From contig JBDLIE010000040.1 in NCBI GenBank assembly GCA_039715015.1, positions 1-24,221 of the forward strand: 24,221 nt of DNA, written 5' to 3'. The position numbers and the translations under genes are program-made. Below the pieces are notes generated by a model, which was not told the origin of the DNA, made no database searches, and worked only from the letters and a program-made list of their open reading frames with translations. Position 1 is the stretch's first letter. Each line of letters opens with the position of its first letter. Below are positions 1 to 8,223 of this stretch, in pieces. This stretch comes from Thermodesulfobacteriota bacterium (GTDB lineage: Bacteria; Desulfobacterota; Desulfobulbia; Desulfobulbales; SURF-16).

Positions 1-2560
1 CCTTCGCCCAGATTCAGGGTCAGTTGATAGGTGGCGGTATCGCCGATGCGAACGGTGGCATCTAGGGCTGTGCTGAACGCATCCACATAGCTATCGGCGA
101 TCACGGCCTTGTTCAGGCTGTTGTTGTCGATGATGCTAAAGGGTGCGCTTGTTGCCGTGGCGCAATAATCATCGGGTGCGGTGATGGTCGGACATCCGGC
201 GCCGGTGCGTTCATGGGTGCTGGCCGCATCCAAAGAGGTCCAGTCTACCCAGACTGTATTATCGAAGGTGGCGACGGTGCTTACCTGTACTTGGGCCTGA
301 TAGGTGAGTATCAGGGTGCTGCCGGCGGGGATATCCAGATTGCCGTCGCCATTGCCCTGACCCCAGAGCAGCGGGCCTGCCGGTGCGTCAGTTGGTGCCG
401 TTACGAACCCGACTACAGGGATGCCGTCAATGGTTGCCGTCGGGGTGAAGGTCCCATACAGCGCCAGTTCCGGCGGCAATGTGTCAACTATATTGACATC
501 ATAAGCAGTGTCGTTGCCGCTATTAACCATAGTCACTGCGTATTCAATGATGCTGCCACCGGTAATTGGCCCTGCCGGAATAGGCGTGCCGACTTTGGTA
601 ATGATCAAATCCGGCTCAACCACCGTCATGTCGGTGGTAACACTGCTGCCTCCGCCAAGCTGAGTTACGTCATCACCATCTACCTGGTTGTAGGTATACG
701 ACGCACTATTACTGAACGGCAGACCATCAATATTGATTGCACTCTTGTCAAGGCGAACCGTGACTCCAATAACGATCTGCTCATTGGCCGGGATATCGAT
801 ACCGTTGGTAGTATCTTCAATAATCAGGTTACTCGCCGTTCCGCTATTGGTTGGCACCCACGTACCAGCGGGGGAGATTTTACTGATACCAACAAAGGTA
901 AGATCCGCTGCAATAGCACCCAGATCATCAAGGACCCGTACATCATACAACGCGGTAGGCTGCGCTGCCTCAGGCACGGTGATAGCGTAGGTAAACTCCT
1001 GACCAATGGTAACGGTCGTATCGGCTGGGTTTACCTTCAGCGGCGCACCTGGCGCTGTGGTCAGGGTTGTCTGCGCCGTATTGGATGGGCCGTAAACCTC
1101 GTGGTCAGTGACGATACTATTGACCGGTATCGCCTCATCGTCGAAGGAGTAGTAAAGCGTGGCAATGGCCGCATTGGTCAGAGGCAGGCCGGGGCCGAGA
1201 ACTGGATCGGCCTGTACGGTGTAGACAATGCGTAAGGTGTCAGCCGCCGGTATGGTGTATTGGTTGGCGGTGCCTGTATCAAAATTCCAGATTGCAATAC
1301 CGGTTAGTGGATCATAGGCAGGAGCCAAATTGGTTAAAGCACCACCAATTAATAACTCTGTGCTAACCATGGTAATAGTCGCAGCACCGTCACGTAACCC
1401 GGCAGGAATAACATCTTCAACCACGGTGTCGTAAGCCGGTGCCAGGCCATTGTTTATGACATCAACGGTGTAGGTAATGAGTTCACCGGCACCGATAATA
1501 AGATCACCACCGGCTGTTGCTACGGACTTGCTCACTGTCAGGTCTGGTTGCAGCAGGGTAAGGGTAGCATTGCTCTCCAACCGAACCGGATCGACAACTG
1601 CGTTGCCACTGCCGTCCACATAACCCAGCGTGGCGGTATTGGTCAGGGTGGTGGTGCCGGCCTGAGCAAGGACATTTTCCGCTACTCGAACACGGTACTC
1701 TATGACGAAGCTATTGTTCGTGTTGTCCCCGTCGGGTGTGTTGTACACATCACCTAATGTCCAGGTCATTGTGGTGCCGGTAGTCACATCACCCAAAATG
1801 GTCGGAGCAGGAAAGTCTGTATAGCTGAAGGGCGCTACACTGCTATATGGAGCAGTCACATCACCATTGATACTGACAACCTCGACAAATTCCAGCCCCG
1901 GATCCAGTACATCAGTGATCTCAACACTGCTGGTGGTGCCTTCGCCCAGGTTCAGGGTCAGTTGGTAGGTGGCGGTGTCGCCGATGCGAACGGTGGCATC
2001 AAGGGCTGTGCTTCCATCGGTAATCCAGCTGTCGGCAACCACGGCCTTGGTCAGGCTGTTGTTGTCGATGATGCTGATGGGTGCGCTTATTGCCGTGGCG
2101 CAATAATCATCAGGTGCGGTAAATGTTGGGCATCCGGCACCGGTGCGTTCATAGGTGCTGGCCGCATCCAAAGAGGTCCAGTCTACCGAAACATCATTGT
2201 TAAAGGTGGCGGCGGCGCTAATCTGTACTTGGGCCTGATAGGTGAGTATCAGGGTGCTGCCGGCGGGGATATCCAGATTGCCGTCGCCATTGCCCTGACC
2301 CCAGAGCAGCGGGCCTGCCGGTGCGTCAGTTGGTGCCGTTACGAACCCGACTACAGGGATGCCGTCAATGGTTGCCGTCGGGGTGAAGGTCCCATACAGC
2401 GCCAGTTCTGGCGGCAGGGTATCGACTATATTGACATCATAAGCGGTGGCGTTGCCACCATTAGTCATGGTGATGGCGTATTCAATGATGCTGCCGCCGC
2501 TAACCGGAGCGGCGGTGATCAGGGTGCCAACTTTGGCAACGGTCAAGTCCGGCTCAACCA
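1..2560. repeat. Intragenic direct repeat with a 1938-bp (646-codon) period: about 1-620 repeats about 1939-2560
   Basis: ccttcgcccag at 1 and 1939. 285-470 is identical to 2223-2408 (186 bp). Weaker protein-level similarity continues to about 1050 versus 2990. Confidence 0.95.
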
Positions 2561-5039
2561 CGATCATGTCGACGTTGGTGCTACCGGCTTCACCACTCGT
2601 TTCCGTGGCGATGACACCATTTGAGCGGTTGTAGGTGTACGAGGCGCTGTTGTTGAAGAGCACGCCGCTTTGGTTGGCAGTAGTGTTCAGCAGTTCGACG
2701 GTAATCTCGATTACTGCCTGGCCATTGGCGGGGATGTCGATGCCGGTTGCCGTATCTTCGATGACAGGCGAGGTGTCAGTGCCGGTATTGCTGAGCGTCC
2801 AACTGCCGCCGGACACCACATTTGCATTGATAAAGCGCATGTCTGCATTGGACGGAATCAGGTCATCCAGGATCCGCACATCGTACAGGGCCACATCAAG
2901 CGGGGCGGCGGGCAGCGTGATGCGATACTTGAATTGCTCGCCGATCATGGCGCTCGGCTGGGTATTCGTCTTCGACAGCGGGCCGGGGGTCTGGATCAGC
3001 ACATTGGTAGGATCACCCACAGTGCCGGGCGGGGCGATGCTGTTGATAAACGGGTCATCACTAAATACAGGGATCTCGGCGGGGGGGAGGCCAGTGGCGG
3101 TGAGGGTCGCCTGGTTGGGAACCACGATGCCATTAGTGAGGCCTGCGGCCAGATCAATCTCAAACTCAATCACAAGCTCGCCGCCGACTGCGATGTTTAG
3201 AGGGGGAGGATTGCCGCTGATTTCCAACAGACCCGTCACGGGATCAAAACTATATGTGGAGCCCGCAGGAAGCGTAACAATCGAAAAGGTGCTCGTATCA
3301 AAATTGGCCGGATCCAGCGTGTCATCAATCGTGATATTGTCGATCGTCTGGTCAACATTGAAGAGGCGCAGCCTGTAGCGCAGCCTGTCACCCGGTGCGG
3401 CCCCGGTGGCCGGGTTCGCGGCAGTGGTCAGGTTCGCGACCGTCTTCTGAAAGTAGTAGCCGGACAGCGCCGTCGTGATGGTATAGCTGTCCTCATGGTC
3501 GATGATGGCCGGCGTGCCGTCGGTGAGCGTTCTGGTATAGGTGCGGGTGGGGTGGCTGCCGTCGGCGCTGGACCACTGGGTAGCGCCGGCAAGGTTGACC
3601 ATGGCCAGCCCCTCTCCGGTGGTGCCGGCATCGAGCTCAGATTGGTAGGTGATGATCAAGCGCTGAGATGGCCCGATCACGGCTGCGGATGTCAACATGC
3701 TAAAGCTGAGTTGGCATGTGGGTGCATCATAGGTGACCGAGTAGGCGGTGCCCTGGAGCAGCGGACCCGCGACCGGTGTGACGCCGTCTGCCGCAAAGAT
3801 CTGGGCGCTGATTGCTCCTGATGTTGGGTCGTAGTCGCACATCCCGGCTGTAGGGCCATCGGGGAGCTGGTCGAGGATCGTGGCATTCCAGGCATCGCTG
3901 CCGCCGGTATTCTGGAGATCGATGGTGAAGGTCGCCGGGATTCCCAGGTTCAGGGCTGTCTCACTGCCGCTCTTGGTGACCACCAGATTGGGCTCGGCAA
4001 TGGTCATCGGCTGCGAGACCCCCCACTCTCCTGGGAGGGGATCAAAGAACGTGGGAACACCATCAATATCAATGAGTCTCCCGAACCACCACTTGGCGGT
4101 GTTGGTGATCACCGTCCCTGTCACGTTTGTCGGCGTGTCATCAAGGACGACTGTGATCTCAACCACGATCTGCTCTCCGGTCGTGATCAGAGGAATGGGT
4201 TTGTAGGAGAGGTTCTTAGTCGTCCACACCCCACCCTTCGAAGTGGGCTGAGGCTGGTCTTCGGGGACAAGCGTCACCGGGGCGCCGCTGCCCTTATAGT
4301 AGGCATTGATGTCCACATAGGTGAGGTCAGCGCCCGCCGCAGTGAGATCGTCCCACAGAATGACGGTGTGCAAATCATTGGCCGACGGGTCGCCGACAGG
4401 CCAATTCATAGACGGGAGCGTCAGGGTGTAGGTGAAGGGCACACCGATGGTGGCCGTGGCTGCAGGGGCCTGCTTAGCGATGGTCTCTGCAGGTATCATG
4501 ATATCCTGACATGTACCGCCGAAACTCCCCTCATCGGAGTTAACTACCCAGAGTTTGTGATCGATATTGGAACACGCCAGGTTGCCGGAGTACCAAACGT
4601 TGTCGAAGACAACGAGATATACTTCGGTTTTATTAGGCGTATAAAAATTTAATGTGGGTTCCAGGCCGTTAGGCCAAATAGCTGATATTGGAAAGTTCCT
4701 GAACTCGCAATTAATGTCGATGCCAAAAGAACTGCTGGGAAGATTTGCTTGGACAAAAGGGTCGTTACCATCGATAATAGCGTAAGTGTCTTCCGGACTT
4801 TTTTTGTAATCAGAGCAAAAATCGGTCCCCGCCAGTGCTGGGGCGGCCGCGCCCAGCAACAACGCGAAGAGCAGCAGCGGGAAACCGAGCCTGGAGCCGC
4901 GTGCCGGCAGGGCCATAAGGGAACCTCTCCCCTGCCAGACCTTCCGGTTCGAACCCATCCGCAACGGCAACGCCACGGCGGCCCCAAGTGCCTGGGCCGG
5001 CCAAACAAGTAAGCGTGTAAAAATTCCCTTTAACCTCAT
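1..5039 (-). CDS. Giant secreted/surface adhesin-like protein with tandem DUF11 / isopeptide-forming (fimbrial D2-type) Ig-like domains; 3' end lies outside the window
   Basis: Read manually on the minus strand: open frame from ATG 5039 to the window edge (>1670 codons). Signal peptide ...RGSRLGFPLLLFALLLGAAAPALA|GTDFC, then repeats such as EPDLTVSKSV...GELITYTVDVINNG..PAYDTVVEDVIPAGL...LTNAA and LSKTNTQPSAMIGEQFKYRITLP. In-frame alternative starts at 4916, 5309 and 5417, so the start is uncertain. Confidence 0.88.
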   Translation of the reverse strand, partial: MRLKGIFTRLLVWPAQALGAAVALPLRMGSNRKVWQGRGSLMALPARGSRLGFPLLLFALLLGAAAPALAGTDFCSDYKKSPEDTYAIIDGNDPFVQANLPSSSFGIDINCEFRNFPISAIWPNGLEPTLNFYTPNKTEVYLVVFDNVWYSGNLACSNIDHKLWVVNSDEGSFGGTCQDIMIPAETIAKQAPAATATIGVPFTYTLTLPSMNWPVGDPSANDLHTVILWDDLTAAGADLTYVDINAYYKGSGAPVTLVPEDQPQPTSKGGVWTTKNLSYKPIPLITTGEQIVVEITVVLDDTPTNVTGTVITNTAKWWFGRLIDIDGVPTFFDPLPGEWGVSQPMTIAEPNLVVTKSGSETALNLGIPATFTIDLQNTGGSDAWNATILDQLPDGPTAGMCDYDPTSGAISAQIFAADGVTPVAGPLLQGTAYSVTYDAPTCQLSFSMLTSAAVIGPSQRLIITYQSELDAGTTGEGLAMVNLAGATQWSSADGSHPTRTYTRTLTDGTPAIIDHEDSYTITTALSGYYFQKTVANLTTAANPATGAAPGDRLRYRLRLFNVDQTIDNITIDDTLDPANFDTSTFSIVTLPAGSTYSFDPVTGLLEISGNPPPLNIAVGGELVIEFEIDLAAGLTNGIVVPNQATLTATGLPPAEIPVFSDDPFINSIAPPGTVGDPTNVLIQTPGPLSKTNTQPSAMIGEQFKYRITLPAAPLDVALYDVRILDDLIPSNADMRFINANVVSGGSWTLSNTGTDTSPVIEDTATGIDIPANGQAVIEITVELLNTTANQSGVLFNNSASYTYNRSNGVIATETSGEAGSTNVDMIVVEPDLTVAKVGTLITAAPVSGGSIIEYAITMTNGGNATAYDVNIVDTLPPELALYGTFTPTATIDGIPVVGFVTAPTDAPAGPLLWGQGNGDGNLDIPAGSTLILTYQAQVQISAAATFNNDVSVDWTSLDAASTYERTGAGCPTFTAPDDYCATAISAPISIIDNNSLTKAVVADSWITDGSTALDATVRIGDTATYQLTLNLGEGTTSSVEITDVLDPGLEFVEVVSINGDVTAPYSSVAPFSYTDFPAPTILGDVTTGTTMTWTLGDVYNTPDGDNTNNSFVIEYRVRVAENVLAQAGTTTLTNTATLGYVDGSGNAVVDPVRLESNATLTLLQPDLTVSKSVATAGGDLIIGAGELITYTVDVINNGLAPAYDTVVEDVIPAGLRDGAATITMVSTELLIGGALTNLAPAYDPLTGIAIWNFDTGTANQYTIPAADTLRIVYTVQADPVLGPGLPLTNAAIATLYYSFDDEAIPVNSIVTDHEVYGPSNTAQTTLTTAPGAPLKVNPADTTVTIGQEFTYAITVPEAAQPTALYDVRVLDDLGAIAADLTFVGISKISPAGTWVPTNSGTASNLIIEDTTNGIDIPANEQIVIGVTVRLDKSAINIDGLPFSNSASYTYNQVDGDDVTQLGGGSSVTTDMTVVEPDLIITKVGTPIPAGPITGGSIIEYAVTMVNSGNDTAYDVNIVDTLPPELALYGTFTPTATIDGIPVVGFVTAPTDAPAGPLLWGQGNGDGNLDIPAGSTLILTYQAQVQVSTVATFDNTVWVDWTSLDAASTHERTGAGCPTITAPDDYCATATSAPFSIIDNNSLNKAVIADSYVDAFSTALDATVRIGDTATYQLTLNLGE

Positions 5040-5510
5040 GTCAAAATCCTGCCCCACAGGGGGGATCGACGTGTCGGGGGCCCGCTCATAAGCGTCCCTC
5101 CTCTCACCAACAAAGGAATTGGCGGCCGGCTGGTTTGGATGGATCCACCTGACATCCATGCTGTCGGAGCCCTCCCCGTCGTCGAAACGAAGGCTCTGAA
5201 GCTGATTGTTGTTGATGGTGTGCTCGGTGGTCAGCGCTGCTTCGACACGCAGCAACAAGGCAAGTACGACAGTGGCGGCTCTGGACAGAACAGTCCAGAT
5301 TTTCAGCATGATTTTTCGGGGCAGATCAGTCAGTTGAGGATTTCCTGTTGAGACATATTCAGTTACCGGAACTGAACATGTCTCTTTTTTCCTCAAACCC
5401 CAATTTTTCAAACGCATAATCCTGTAACTTAAAAAAAAAGACCGATCTTCAACCGAAAATGAGCGACACATTAAATAATGGTGCTGTCGGGCCGGGTTGT
5501 ACGCCTCATC

Positions 5511-5567
5511 TCTTCGGCAACCCGACTATTGTAAGAATCAAGACTCGTGGCCTTGCCCCTTTAAAGA
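5511..5567 (-). promoter_or_regulatory. Degenerate c-di-GMP-I (GEMM-I) riboswitch-like element lacking the P2 arm, upstream of the giant adhesin gene
   Basis: Minus strand UCUUU-AAAG-GGGCAAGGCCACGAGUCUUG...AUAGUCGGGUUGCC-GAAGA: P1 (UCUUU/GAAGA), J1/2 AAAG and P3 match the GEMM-I pattern. The AAACC..GNRA..GGGAC arm is absent. Confidence 0.55.
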
Positions 5568-5883
5568 TCATTTTGTTATAATCAACTGTTGAAATACCAT
5601 TCTTCTTTAAACGGTCATCATGAGCAGCGTTCAGGTGGACAACACCGCCAAACCGGGCCAATTGATTACGTGCTCCTAATAAAAAAGGGGCCCGGAAAAT
5701 GCCAACAAAAAGAAAAATTTACATTATATTTCAAGTTGAAGAATATCAATCGGCGTATCGCTTAAAGATCATCTAAGCGAAATGCCTAGGCGCCATGAGC
5801 AGGCAACGCCTTTTTTCTAAAGAGAACACCTTTTTGGCCTTTTTCAGCCAGGTGTTGGATGCAGATCGAGGGTGGCAAGAAGT

Positions 5884-6017
5884 TGATCATCCCCGGAAAA
5901 TGTGGCCACTCAGCTAAATCGTTGTTATGAGAACCACTGGAGGTCAAAATGAGAGTTCAAAGAAGAAAACAGGATCAGGATTTCAAAAGAAATGCTGTGT
6001 TGGTTGATATTAAGTGA
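5884..6017 (+). mobile_element. IS3-family remnant: left terminal inverted repeat plus the first codons of OrfA
   Basis: TGATCATCCCCGGAAAATGTGGCCAC resembles IS3-family left ends (TG...TGGMCAC). GGAGG RBS, then ATG 5949 MRVQRRKQDQDFKRNAVL, typical of OrfA N-termini (RRKY..EFK..AV.L), truncated by TGA at 6015. Confidence 0.65.
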
Positions 6018-6054
6018 TTTATTTTGCTTAATATTGATGAATACTGAGTGTGAA

Positions 6055-6105
6055 AACTGATCCGTAATCAGCAAGCCAGCGGTTCGACTCCGCTCATCGG
6101 CTCCA
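6055..6105 (+). pseudogene. 3' half of tRNA-Thr(CGT), a probable att-site direct repeat of a tRNA-integrated island
   Basis: ACTGA-TCCGTAA-TCAGC anticodon arm (CGT), T arm AGCGG-TTCGACT-CCGCT, acceptor 3' strand CATCGGC, then T-CCA. No 5' acceptor strand or D arm upstream, and U33 is C. Confidence 0.8.
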
Positions 6106-6163
6106 CTTCTTTTTAGGAAAAACTCCTAACTTCTTAAAAAAACAATAAAAATATACTTTCTTT

Positions 6164-6192
6164 TTGACATTGGTTTTTTGAATAAGTAAGGT
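6164..6192 (+). promoter_or_regulatory. Sigma70-type promoter driving the riboswitch-helicase transcript
   Basis: TTGACA (6164-6169), 17-nt spacer, TAAGGT (6187-6192). Predicted start near 6198 coincides with the 5' end of the aptamer. Confidence 0.7.
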
Positions 6193-6197
6193 GTTTT

Positions 6198-6276
6198 GTG
6201 CTTAAAGCTAAACCTGTTGTGAAACAGGGACGGAAAACCACGGGTCTCACGATTAGATAGCCGAGTTACCAAGTAC
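6198..6276 (+). ncRNA. c-di-GMP-I (GEMM-I) riboswitch aptamer
   Basis: P1 GUGCUU/AAGUAC; J1/2 AAAG; P2 CUAAACCUGUU-GUGA-AACAGGGACGG with GNRA loop; AAA junction; P3 ACCACGGGUCU...AGAUAGCCGAGUUACC. Matches the GEMM-I consensus. Confidence 0.9.
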
Positions 6277-6299
6277 TTAAATGGTAGCCCGGTTTTTTT
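6261..6299 (+). terminator. Intrinsic terminator forming the riboswitch expression platform
   Basis: CCGAGUUACC pairs with GGUAGCCCGG (one mismatch), followed by U7. It overlaps the 3' strand of the aptamer. Confidence 0.75.
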
Positions 6300-6344
6300 A
6301 TTGGTAATGGGCTCGTTAGTTAATTCGTTCATGTTGTAAGGTTT

Positions 6345-7820
6345 ATGAGAAAAAAAGCTGCACGTTCACGTTCTGTTACAGATTCACATCTGAAGACTGC
6401 TCTTCATACAGGTACCATTTTTGGTCTGTCTATCCATAAGATCGCCCAATCGGCATCCCCTGCTCCTGCAAAGAAGAATCCAAAGAAGTCTGGAAAGAAA
6501 AAACAGTCTTCTCCGCCAGTTAAGAGACGTAAACGCCTTGAAAACGGTGATTGGGATCTTTCTCAGTTTGAAGTTGCCCCGGAAAAAGGACGCAAACGAT
6601 TCCACGATTTTGACCTGCCAATCGAGATCATGCATGCCGTCAGTGATCTCTCCTTTCATTACTGCACACCCATCCAGGCCGAAATACTCGACCATACCCT
6701 CAGTGGCGGCGATGCCACCGGCAAGGCCCAAACAGGAACTGGTAAGTCAGCCGCATTTCTTATAAATATCCTGACCACTCTTCTTACTAAAAAGCCAAAA
6801 AAAGGCGGCAAGTCCGCTACTCCCCGCAGCCTGATCATCGCCCCAACCAGGGAACTAGTCATGCAAATTGCCGAGGATGCTGAAAAACTCGCTGCGTACA
6901 CCGACATCCATATCGTTCCTGTCTATGGAGGAATGGATTACCAAAAGCAGCTTGACGAAATTCAGGGCCAACAGGTGGATATCGTTGCAGCCACTCCGGG
7001 CCGGCTTCTTGATTTCCAACGTAAGCAGAATATCAACCTGGGTGCTGTTGAGATCTTTGTGATTGATGAGGCAGATCGTATGCTTGACATGGGTTTCATC
7101 CCAGATGTCAGACAGATCGTTTATAGCTTGCCAGATAAGAGCAAGAGACAAACCCTCTTTTTTAGCGCCACCATGACCCCTGAAGTTAACCATCTTGCCG
7201 ACCAATGGACCAAAGATCCTGCGGTGGTTGAGATTGAGGCGGAGCACGCAACTGTTGATACGGTTGATCAGCTTGTCTATCTGGTGACAACGGATGAGAA
7301 GTCCACCCTCCTCTACAACCTTATTACCTCCAAAGATCTTCACAAAGTAATTGTTTTCTGCAACCGCAAATCAGAGACAAGGGAACTCACAGAACTCTTA
7401 CAGCGTTATAAGATTTCATGCGGCTTGCTCTCAGGGGATGTTGACCAGAAAAAACGAGTCACAACTCTTAATAATTTCAAAGAGGGCAAAATCAGAATTC
7501 TTGTTGCCACCGATGTAGCTGGTCGCGGTATTCATATCGATGGAATCAGCCATGTGGTCAACTTTAATCTCCCCTATGATCCTGAAGATTATGTCCACCG
7601 CATTGGCCGCACAGGGCGTGCCGGTGCAACAGGGACATCAGTTAGTTTTGCCTGTGAGGAAGATTCTTTTTATCTGCCTGACATCGAAGAATTTATCGGC
7701 CGCAAACTGGAATGCGTCTATCCCTCTGACGAGCTCTTAGCTGAGCCGCCAAAACTGCCGCCTAAAACACATCGGAAACGACCTAATTACAAGGGTAAAA
7801 AAAGACCGCAAAAGAGGTAG
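6345..7820 (+). CDS. rhlB: DEAD-box ATP-dependent RNA helicase, RhlB-like
   Basis: TPIQ, AQTGTGKS, PTRELV, TPGRL, DEAD, SAT and HRIGRTGRAG motifs. WDLSQFEV.PEKGRKRFHDF resembles Pseudomonas-type RhlB N-termini. Basic N- and C-tails. Start uncertain. Confidence 0.9.
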   Translation: MRKKAARSRSVTDSHLKTALHTGTIFGLSIHKIAQSASPAPAKKNPKKSGKKKQSSPPVKRRKRLENGDWDLSQFEVAPEKGRKRFHDFDLPIEIMHAVSDLSFHYCTPIQAEILDHTLSGGDATGKAQTGTGKSAAFLINILTTLLTKKPKKGGKSATPRSLIIAPTRELVMQIAEDAEKLAAYTDIHIVPVYGGMDYQKQLDEIQGQQVDIVAATPGRLLDFQRKQNINLGAVEIFVIDEADRMLDMGFIPDVRQIVYSLPDKSKRQTLFFSATMTPEVNHLADQWTKDPAVVEIEAEHATVDTVDQLVYLVTTDEKSTLLYNLITSKDLHKVIVFCNRKSETRELTELLQRYKISCGLLSGDVDQKKRVTTLNNFKEGKIRILVATDVAGRGIHIDGISHVVNFNLPYDPEDYVHRIGRTGRAGATGTSVSFACEEDSFYLPDIEEFIGRKLECVYPSDELLAEPPKLPPKTHRKRPNYKGKKRPQKR

Positions 7821-7902
7821 GAACTGATTCTGTTTCGAGTTTACATGGGAGTTTTTTCCCATTTGACTATTATTTCATCCATCAATTCTTAAGGAGGACA
7901 AC

Positions 7903-8112
7903 ATGGAAAATCGTCAGACTGGTACAGTAAAATGGTTTAATGACAGAAAGGGTTTTGGTTTTATCATTCCTGAAAATGGAGCTGATGTCTTTGTTCATTA
8001 CCGAGCCATCCGCGGTGAGGGACACCGGAGTCTTCTTGAGGGCCAAGCAGTAGAATTCAATGTAATCGAAAGCCCAAAAGGCCTGCAGGCCGAAGATGTT
8101 GCTGTTGTCTAA
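7903..8112 (+). CDS. Cold-shock domain protein (CspA family)
   Basis: GTVKWFN, RNP1 KGFGFI, RNP2 VFVHY; AAGGAGG RBS. Confidence 0.97.
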   Translation: MENRQTGTVKWFNDRKGFGFIIPENGADVFVHYRAIRGEGHRSLLEGQAVEFNVIESPKGLQAEDVAVV

Positions 8113-8158
8113 CTCTTTTGTTGGGGCGCAAGAGAGCCAGGATACTATCTAACTTTTT

Positions 8159-8204
8159 ACAAAGGGCACTGTTTCTAATACAAGAAACAGTGCCCTTTGT
8201 TTTT
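8159..8204 (+). terminator. Rho-independent terminator after the csp gene
   Basis: Perfect 18-bp stem ACAAAGGGCACTGTTTCT / AGAAACAGTGCCCTTTGT followed by Ts. Confidence 0.85.
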
Positions 8205-8223
8205 CTGAGCCATAAACTCAACT

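Noticed and set aside
213..5351. Plus-strand ORFs of up to 340 aa in the ORF track
   Set aside because: Antisense shadows of the giant minus-strand gene; no recognisable motifs, and they simply mirror its repeats.
6008..6036. ATATTAAG/CTTAATAT inverted repeat beside the att site as an integrase arm or IHF site
   Set aside because: Short and AT-rich in an AT-rich region; cannot be distinguished from chance without the other att end.
6055..6105. Functional tRNA-Thr gene
   Set aside because: No 5' acceptor strand (GCCGATG) or D arm upstream, and the anticodon loop is mutated.
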